From IMG/VR virus record IMGVR_UViG_3300028840_004913, positions 39,146-103,145 of that record: 64,000 nt of DNA; one strand, given 5' to 3'. Numbering within the stretch: position 1 is the stretch's first letter; every line of letters begins with the position of its first letter. A program made the translations under genes and the position numbers. This document shows positions 59,010 through 64,000 of the stretch, piece by piece. This DNA comes from a virus. Below the pieces are notes generated by a model that ran no database searches, had not been told where the DNA came from, and worked only from the letters and a program-made list of their open reading frames with translations.

Positions 59010-59080
59010 TGGAGCCCGATGTAGGAATCAAACCCACCTTCCATGGGTACAAACCATGTTAGATCTCAGACCAATCGGGC
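59010..59080 (-). tRNA. tRNA-Thr(UGU), reduced D arm
   Basis: GCCCGAT/ATCGGGC; CATGG-TTTGTAC-CCATG; 71 nt. Confidence 0.82.
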
Positions 59081-59081
59081 C

Positions 59082-59159
59082 TGGCAGACGTTACGGGATT
59101 TGAACCCGCGCCCTCCGGCGTGACAGGCCGGCGCTCTGACCAGACTGAGCTAAACGTCT
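59082..59159 (-). tRNA. tRNA-Asp(GUC)
   Basis: CCGGC-CTGTCAC-GCCGG; G73. Confidence 0.93.
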
Positions 59160-59160
59160 A

Positions 59161-59246
59161 TGGTTGGCAGGGAGGGATTTGAACCCCCGAACTCCGGAGA
59201 GGGCTGATTTACAGTCAGCCTGCTTTAGCCTCTTGCATACCTACCA
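59161..59246 (-). tRNA. tRNA-Tyr(GUA)
   Basis: GCTGA-CTGTAAA-TCAGC; variable arm; A73. Confidence 0.93.
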
Positions 59247-59251
59247 ACAAA

Positions 59252-59413
59252 TGGTGCGAGCAGGTGGCCGGTTTCGCTGGCTATCATAAGGATTTGCAGA
59301 TCCTTCAAGCCTCCACGGTTTCCCCGCTCTTGACACTCGATTGATCTTATCACCTTCTGGATGGACTGCAACCCGATCCAGGGTGACTCGATCGCCCTGT
59401 GCCCTCTAAGGTT
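59252..59413 (-). ncRNA. Putative kissing-loop ncRNA ending in CCA, inside the tRNA array
   Basis: Two long arms with complementary apical loops TTGCAG and CTGCAA; 5' arm conserved at 1-95. Confidence 0.65.
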
Positions 59414-59434
59414 GCCGAATGGCATCCTAAAATG

Positions 59435-59510
59435 TGGTGGCCGATCCTGGGCTTGAACCAGGGACCGCTCGATTATCGGTCGAGTGCTCTCCCAACTGAG
59501 CTAATCGGCC
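59435..59510 (-). tRNA. tRNA-Ile(GAU), C33
   Basis: CTCGA-CCGATAA-TCGAG. Confidence 0.92.
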
Positions 59511-59585
59511 TGGCAGACGCTGCAGGAATTGAACCCGCCCACAAGGGTTTGGAGCCCTCGTCGCCACCTTGGAACATGAGCGCCT
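59511..59585 (-). tRNA. tRNA-Trp(CCA)
   Basis: GAGGG-CTCCAAA-CCCTT; G73; atypical D arm. Confidence 0.85.
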
Positions 59586-59586
59586 A

Positions 59587-59664
59587 TGGTAGCGGAGATG
59601 GGATTTGAACCCATGACCTTCGGCTTATGAGGCCGACGCGCTTACCTGGCTGCGCCACTCCGCA
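59587..59664 (-). tRNA. tRNA-Met(CAU), initiator-like
   Basis: TCGGC-CTCATAA-GCCGA; unpaired 1:72 (U:U). Confidence 0.9.
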
Positions 59665-59889
59665 TCATTCATCCTCAAAAGGCCAGGCCGTTCCGGATAT
59701 CTGCGTAGGGATTATGGCCTGCTTCCTTCCTGCGTACTCTTCCTCCTCTTCCATTTTGGCCGGTCGCCATGGCTGATTTGAGAATATCGCCTTGCATTTA
59801 AAGCACCTATACCATTGTCCGTCAAGATGATCCCATGGATAAGGGTGCTTGCATTTAGGGATCTTGCCCCCTTTTATCTCCCTAAGCAT
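59665..59889 (-). CDS. Small Zn-ribbon-like hypothetical protein
   Basis: Homologue of 328-546. Confidence 0.7.
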   Translation of the reverse strand: MLREIKGGKIPKCKHPYPWDHLDGQWYRCFKCKAIFSNQPWRPAKMEEEEEYAGRKQAIIPTQISGTAWPFEDE

Positions 59890-60193
59890 CAACCTTGTAT
59901 GGCCACGGGATTTCCGCATGGTCATACCATATGCTTATTTTCAGCTTCTCTTCTGGATCTCGCGCCGGCCGATCATCTTCCTCACACAATCCCTTGTGCA
60001 GAACATAATAGGCCAGGGTTAAAGGGTTAGTATGGAAGTCCTGTTTCGCCAGGCTGTGGTCGACCATATGCTCCGACGCCAGGCTAAGCATCTGTTTTGT
60101 AACGAAAAAAACGCATTTGCCCGTCTCTTTCTTGATAAACAGGATCCGATCACCATCGTCTAAGTATCTGTAATCCTTAGGAACGAAGCCCAT
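59882..60193 (-). CDS. Hypothetical protein
   Basis: Homologue of 539-856. Confidence 0.8.
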   Translation of the reverse strand: MGFVPKDYRYLDDGDRILFIKKETGKCVFFVTKQMLSLASEHMVDHSLAKQDFHTNPLTLAYYVLHKGLCEEDDRPARDPEEKLKISIWYDHAEIPWPYKVDA

Positions 60194-60492
60194 TAGCTGT
60201 CCTCCCAAACGACCGATATATTGTACCGTTTACCGCACCGTGGGCACCGTGTATGCAGGATATTATCCGTCGCATTAACAGACACAATATCCACCCGAAC
60301 CTTGCAACATGGGCCCTGGAACACCCTCAGGATCTGAGTATCATTCCTGTGCTGGTCTTCAGCCGTGCGCTGATGATTACATTTGCCACGCATTAAACAG
60401 TCAAAGGCCGTCATCTCTGCCTCAATACCTCTGACGTCCAAAGGGCGATCACCTAAATATTTTATCGGCTTACCCTGTTCACATTTCTCCAT
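60193..60492 (-). CDS. Cys-rich hypothetical protein
   Basis: Homologue of 857-1147. Confidence 0.75.
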   Translation of the reverse strand: MEKCEQGKPIKYLGDRPLDVRGIEAEMTAFDCLMRGKCNHQRTAEDQHRNDTQILRVFQGPCCKVRVDIVSVNATDNILHTRCPRCGKRYNISVVWEDS

Positions 60493-60514
60493 ATGAACCC
60501 CCTCTCAAATGAAA

Positions 60515-60603
60515 CTGGTAGCCCGAGAGCTCAGCGACCACAGCCGGCCAAAGCTGTGGACCACCTTACCCTCGGGTGTTACCAGACCTGCTGCAGTTCA
60601 GGT
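60515..60603 (-). ncRNA. Putative structured ncRNA element B (copy 2)
   Basis: CCACAGC/GCTGTGG vs CCATGGC/GCCATGG in copy 1; invariant TTTGGCCG loop. Confidence 0.7.
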
Positions 60604-60604
60604 T

Positions 60605-61774
60605 TTATCCTTTAACGACCAGTATCGGCCGAAAATTATCAATAATTCTAATCAGTTTAGACGAACCGCTCAATACATATCCTATGTCCTTATATGCATA
60701 GGCCGATTCATCGAGCAGCTTCTCGACTGGCTGAGAAACCATTATACCATCCATTGACTTTGAATGGTCTGCCATGTCGATTGTTTTTTTGGCCCTGGTG
60801 CGCGACATGGTACGGCCGCATCCGTGAGGCGCTGACTCGAGACACTCTTTATTGCCAAGCCCCTCTGTGATCCAAACACCATCCCGCATATTCGCTGGTA
60901 TGATGCCTATATCCCCCTTTGAAGCCGGCGTAGCGCCTTTACGATGGATAACCCCATCATCGGTAACCGTCGCATGGTTATGGTTCTCATTCACCATATC
61001 CATCATTAGCCTGCGGACCTGGCCAGACTGGAGCCCTAAGGCCTTGAGGGCTTTCTTCATCATGAGCTCTCGGTTGCGAAGGGCAAAGCTGAGAGCCCAA
61101 TTCATATCTGCCAGGTATTGCTGGCCGAGCTCAGACTCAAGAGGTATCGGCCCACCGGACATACGCATATAGAAGTCACCGATATTATATCCAGACTTCC
61201 GTGATCCTGAATGAATGGTAACGCCAACCTCTTCTGTGCGCTGGCTGATACCGTACTCGAGGAAATGATTGCCACCACCGAGAGTACCGACCTGCCAGGC
61301 TGCCTTCATATTGACCGCATCGGCTAAGGCTTTGTATTTACTGGCATTCCTAAACCGCTCGAATCCATTGGATTTAGTCTTTCTTGAGTCGAAACCCACC
61401 GGAATCATTGATAATACTCTCTTCTTGATATCCGTCCTGGTGGTCCCGAGCTCGCCATAGGTTATGCCAGTATTCACATGGCACATACCGCATCCAATGT
61501 CATAACCCACAGCCCCTGGCCAAATATAACCGTCCAATAATGCTACAGATCCTATCGGTAGATCATAGCCGGCATGCACGTCTCGCATGATAGCCAGGCG
61601 CTTAACAATGTACCGATCTGCAGCATATCTGCCTGGATCCTGCCGTGGATACATAAGGGCATTCACGATCTGATCCTTCGCAGGGTCCTCTATATCTTCC
61701 CATGGCAGCGTTAATTCCAGGCGGCCACCTGCAAAGTCGATAGCATCTTCCGTGGTAATCAGTTCAATAGCCAC
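60605..61774 (-). CDS. rtcB: RNA 2',3'-cyclic-phosphate/5'-OH ligase RtcB
   Basis: DVHAG..PIG, VGYDIGCGM, GTLGGGNHFLE, HSGSR, HNH, HRKGA, SAPHGCGR, DES..AYK; GTG start at 61774 after GGGGGAGG. Confidence 0.97.
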   Translation of the reverse strand: MAIELITTEDAIDFAGGRLELTLPWEDIEDPAKDQIVNALMYPRQDPGRYAADRYIVKRLAIMRDVHAGYDLPIGSVALLDGYIWPGAVGYDIGCGMCHVNTGITYGELGTTRTDIKKRVLSMIPVGFDSRKTKSNGFERFRNASKYKALADAVNMKAAWQVGTLGGGNHFLEYGISQRTEEVGVTIHSGSRKSGYNIGDFYMRMSGGPIPLESELGQQYLADMNWALSFALRNRELMMKKALKALGLQSGQVRRLMMDMVNENHNHATVTDDGVIHRKGATPASKGDIGIIPANMRDGVWITEGLGNKECLESAPHGCGRTMSRTRAKKTIDMADHSKSMDGIMVSQPVEKLLDESAYAYKDIGYVLSGSSKLIRIIDNFRPILVVKG

Positions 61775-61798
61775 GCCTCCCCCTCTCGTTAAATGATT

Positions 61799-61877
61799 GG
61801 GTAGCCAGGTCTGGATCCCTGACCGCCCCAGGCTGCCCCCGTCCCTGTGCGACACGGGGTACAACCTTGTCCAGATG
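61799..61877 (-). ncRNA. Putative structured ncRNA element A (copy 2)
   Basis: TCTGGA/TCCAGA, AGGTTGT/GCAGCCT, CCCCGT/ACGGGG, GGGCGGTCAGG/CCTGGCTACCC. Confidence 0.65.
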
Positions 61878-62288
61878 TTATGAGCCGTCCAATACAGGCT
61901 CGAAGCCTATGACGACCGCGACGCTGGCACCGGAAACTTCCTGGCCATAGATCCCGCGCAGGACGTCCATCAGGACGATCGGATTAGCGCAGATCCCGTC
62001 ATGATGCTTTGTAAAGATGAACTTCGGGATATCGGCCAGGCTGCACACCATGACATGGGTAATGACCGCATTCCCGATTTGCTGTTCGTCGTCGTCATTC
62101 ATCGGCAGGACCTTGCCCAATAGCCCAGGCTTTGCCCATCTGTCACCAATACGGACGGTAAAATTGAGCCCCTTCTTGAACTCGAGCCGTTTAAAATCTA
62201 ATGATTTCGGCAGGATAGCATCACCCAAAGGTGCCTGCGCTGCCTCACGATCGTCTACAAACTGGTCCTGAGCATTCTCTACACTCAT
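61878..62288 (-). CDS. ASCH/PUA-like domain protein
   Basis: Homologue of 1385-1804. Confidence 0.6.
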   Translation of the reverse strand: MSVENAQDQFVDDREAAQAPLGDAILPKSLDFKRLEFKKGLNFTVRIGDRWAKPGLLGKVLPMNDDDEQQIGNAVITHVMVCSLADIPKFIFTKHHDGICANPIVLMDVLRGIYGQEVSGASVAVVIGFEPVLDGS

Positions 62289-62300
62289 GATAACCCCCTG

Positions 62301-62519
62301 TTATATAATGTTTTTAATGTCTTGCACGACCTGTTCGACCAGGACCGGAATGACCACATTGGCCATATCCTCGAGCTCTGATTCATCTATCAGAATGTCA
62401 CCAGTATGAGAGACAAACCCATTTGATACCTCGATCTTCAAGACAAAGGTGCCTGGCAGACTATTGCCGGCCAGGGTAGCTCGTGCAAAAATTCCTTCCC
62501 TCTTCATTTCGACCACCAT
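62301..62519 (-). CDS. Hypothetical protein
   Basis: Homologue of 1820-2068. Confidence 0.7.
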   Translation of the reverse strand: MVVEMKREGIFARATLAGNSLPGTFVLKIEVSNGFVSHTGDILIDESELEDMANVVIPVLVEQVVQDIKNII

Positions 62520-62578
62520 AATGACACAGGAATATTCATTCCCTCTTAATTTCGACCACTATAATAACACAGATCTGC

Positions 62579-62692
62579 TTAGAATGGGGCACCCACCCGC
62601 TCGATACACCACCACAAATAAAGCAGCCCGAACCCTATGGCTGCGAGGGCAATAAAAACCTCAGCATCTTTTTCCGGATCATTTTTCTTCAA
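62579..62692 (-). CDS. 37-aa membrane microprotein (not in the ORF track)
   Basis: TTG start; MKKNDPEKDAEVFIALAAIGFGLLYLWWCIERVGAPF; homologue of 2055-2168. Confidence 0.7.
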   Translation of the reverse strand: MKKNDPEKDAEVFIALAAIGFGLLYLWWCIERVGAPF

Positions 62693-62864
62693 GGCGTCTC
62701 ACCCTCGCGTCCAGGTTAAGCAGGATCTTTATTATCCCGCTGAGCACACCGCATGCGAATAATGCGGCAAAGCTGGCCACAGCTAAAAGGCCAAGCACAA
62801 GTATATTCTCAATGATCTCGGTGTTGGCTGGATCCATAAACCAGGTGACCAGGCTATTCACCAC
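62679..62864 (-). CDS. Small membrane protein
   Basis: Central TM segment; overlaps its neighbours. Confidence 0.6.
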   Translation of the reverse strand: MVNSLVTWFMDPANTEIIENILVLGLLAVASFAALFACGVLSGIIKILLNLDARVRRLEEK

Positions 62865-63117
62865 GCATCTCCCTGGCTATCTCATATCCTTCCCATTCAT
62901 CGACGCCGGCAGCCATGAGGCACAATAGGAACTTCACGTCCTTTTTGAGAGCGGCGTACTCTTCCTTTGTTATCGTCACCATCTCGCTATCGTCGATCAG
63001 ATCTGCAGGATGATCCTTTGGTTCATCTATCTTTAAGCACCCGCCTGGCCCGATCTCGCCATGAACGTATGCAGACCCATTAAAAACCAGGTCGCTACCG
63101 CATATAGAGCATTTCAT
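62854..63117 (-). CDS. Hypothetical protein with an N-terminal Zn-binding motif
   Basis: C-terminal half homologous to 2282-2545; different N-terminus. Confidence 0.7.
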   Translation of the reverse strand: MKCSICGSDLVFNGSAYVHGEIGPGGCLKIDEPKDHPADLIDDSEMVTITKEEYAALKKDVKFLLCLMAAGVDEWEGYEIAREMRGE

Positions 63118-63128
63118 CCTAACCCCCT

Positions 63129-63398
63129 CTAATTATAGGATATACACCATTCGCTGGCGATCTCGTCCATAACCCAACATAGATCATCGTCGCTTATATC
63201 GGGATCCTCAAAGTAGACAGCCTCTTGCACGGCCTGTGATTCAGCCTGGCCACGGCCCTGCTCTTCATAGGCCTCATGGATATCATCGAATTCGTATTCC
63301 CAATCTGAGTCGAGATAGTCGCCCTTTAGATCGTCGATAGTCTCCATGACCTCTGATTCTCTGTCTTTAACCCTCTGCAATACTTCGCTTTTATTCAT
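63129..63398 (-). CDS. Acidic hypothetical protein (absent from copy 1)
   Basis: ORF directly after terS. Confidence 0.65.
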   Translation of the reverse strand: MNKSEVLQRVKDRESEVMETIDDLKGDYLDSDWEYEFDDIHEAYEEQGRGQAESQAVQEAVYFEDPDISDDDLCWVMDEIASEWCISYN

Positions 63399-63399
63399 T

Positions 63400-63954
63400 T
63401 TAACCTACCTCGTGGGGTAGCTTCCCCCTGTTTTGTCCATCGATTGATACCAGGATCTGAGTCAGATTATTAATGATGGTATCCCCAATCGGCTCTTTCT
63501 TAAAGCCCATGATCGTCTCGAGCCGGTCAAGCGCTGCACCTTTGGCGTGAAACTTTAGGGTGCGCCTGGTAATGCCTCCGGCCACAGACGTCTCTCGGAT
63601 CTCAGATATTGCCCTGGCAACCTCATCCGGCAGATCACGGATAGCTTTAAGATTGTTATTCTCGTCATACAGATCTTTCGGATTGAGGAACGCGATACAA
63701 GCCTCTTCTGATAGAATACGATCAAGGTCAATCTCCAGGTTAGCTTCGGCAACCTCCTGAGCCTTTTCCTCGAGCTCGCTAAGCCGCTGTATTACAACGG
63801 GATCTTTAAGCCAACGTGACCCCTGAGCCCAGGCAGACGTCTTCTTACAGCTTGGAAACACCTGCATATAAGCCTTGCCTGCAGAGCTCGGATCCTTAAA
63901 ATAGAACTCTGCAAACTTTCGACGACGCTCTATGGCAACAGAAGATTTACTCAT
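63400..63954 (-). CDS. terS: Terminase small subunit (copy 2)
   Basis: Close homologue of 2545-3096. Confidence 0.8.
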   Translation of the reverse strand: MSKSSVAIERRRKFAEFYFKDPSSAGKAYMQVFPSCKKTSAWAQGSRWLKDPVVIQRLSELEEKAQEVAEANLEIDLDRILSEEACIAFLNPKDLYDENNNLKAIRDLPDEVARAISEIRETSVAGGITRRTLKFHAKGAALDRLETIMGFKKEPIGDTIINNLTQILVSIDGQNRGKLPHEVG

Positions 63955-64000
63955 AATATTAGACGCTTACCAGTTAAGAAACAAACTGACCGAAAAGCCC

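Larger units (their letters stand above)
1..64000. mobile_element. Tailed dsDNA bacteriophage (podovirus-like), about one full genome unit plus a diverged overlap
   Basis: terL, portal, scaffold, capsid, tail-tube, lysis, dnaB/ssb/RecT-like genes and a tRNA array; no host housekeeping genes; no integrase recognised. Confidence 0.95.
59320..64000. repeat. Diverged copy 2 of the terS-ASCH-tRNA region (adds rtcB and two small ORFs)
   Basis: e.g. terS MSKSSVAIERRRKFAEFYFKDPSSAGKAYMQVFP vs MSKSSVAIANRNKFAEYYFRDPSSAGKAYMQVFP; homology continues to the window edge (GFSVSLFLNW* vs GFSIQLDINW*). Confidence 0.95.

Noticed and set aside
59252-59330. tRNA-Cys(GCA), suggested by AAGGATCTGCAAATCCTT and a CCA end
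   Set aside because: The loop is 6 or 8 nt, not 7, and there is no T-loop. The loop is better explained as the kissing partner of UUGCAG in a larger RNA.
61775-61864. N-terminal extension of RtcB in the ORF track, and ORF 1186-1455
   Set aside because: Both overlap conserved RNA element A. A strong RBS with GTG at 61774 gives a better start, and the shared 'GIQTWLPNH' follows from RNA-level conservation.

Overview
The whole window is tailed-phage DNA, probably podovirus-like with P22/T7-type head and tail-tube genes. It covers roughly one complete ~60 kb genome unit, plus a diverged second copy of the terS-to-tRNA region at the two ends: 1-3150 is homologous to, but clearly not identical with, 59320-64000. 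Minus-strand modules are terS, accessory genes, ASCH, rtcB, a 12-tRNA array, terL, portal, head-fibre-like genes, scaffold, capsid, tail-tube proteins, internal virion proteins (including a 3117-aa polyvalent protein), tail fibre and lysis. A short plus-strand module holds a PD-(D/E)xK nuclease, a RecT-like protein and a HAD phosphatase. A long minus-strand early/replication module holds DUF932, NinB-like, a replication initiator, dnaB, ssb, RuvC-like, a sigma-region-4 protein and thyX. No integrase or CRISPR array was seen. The most notable observations are two. First, a set of structured non-coding RNAs supported by compensatory changes between the two copies: two elements after the ASCH gene that flank rtcB in one copy and a plain hairpin in the other, a kissing-loop RNA ending in CCA inside the tRNA array, and a 128-nt tRNA mimic without an anticodon arm. 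Second, five exactly spaced sigma-28 (FliA-type) promoters, three with an embedded sigma-70 promoter, in front of the early genes. All calls come from motif reading and hand folding; no database search was run.
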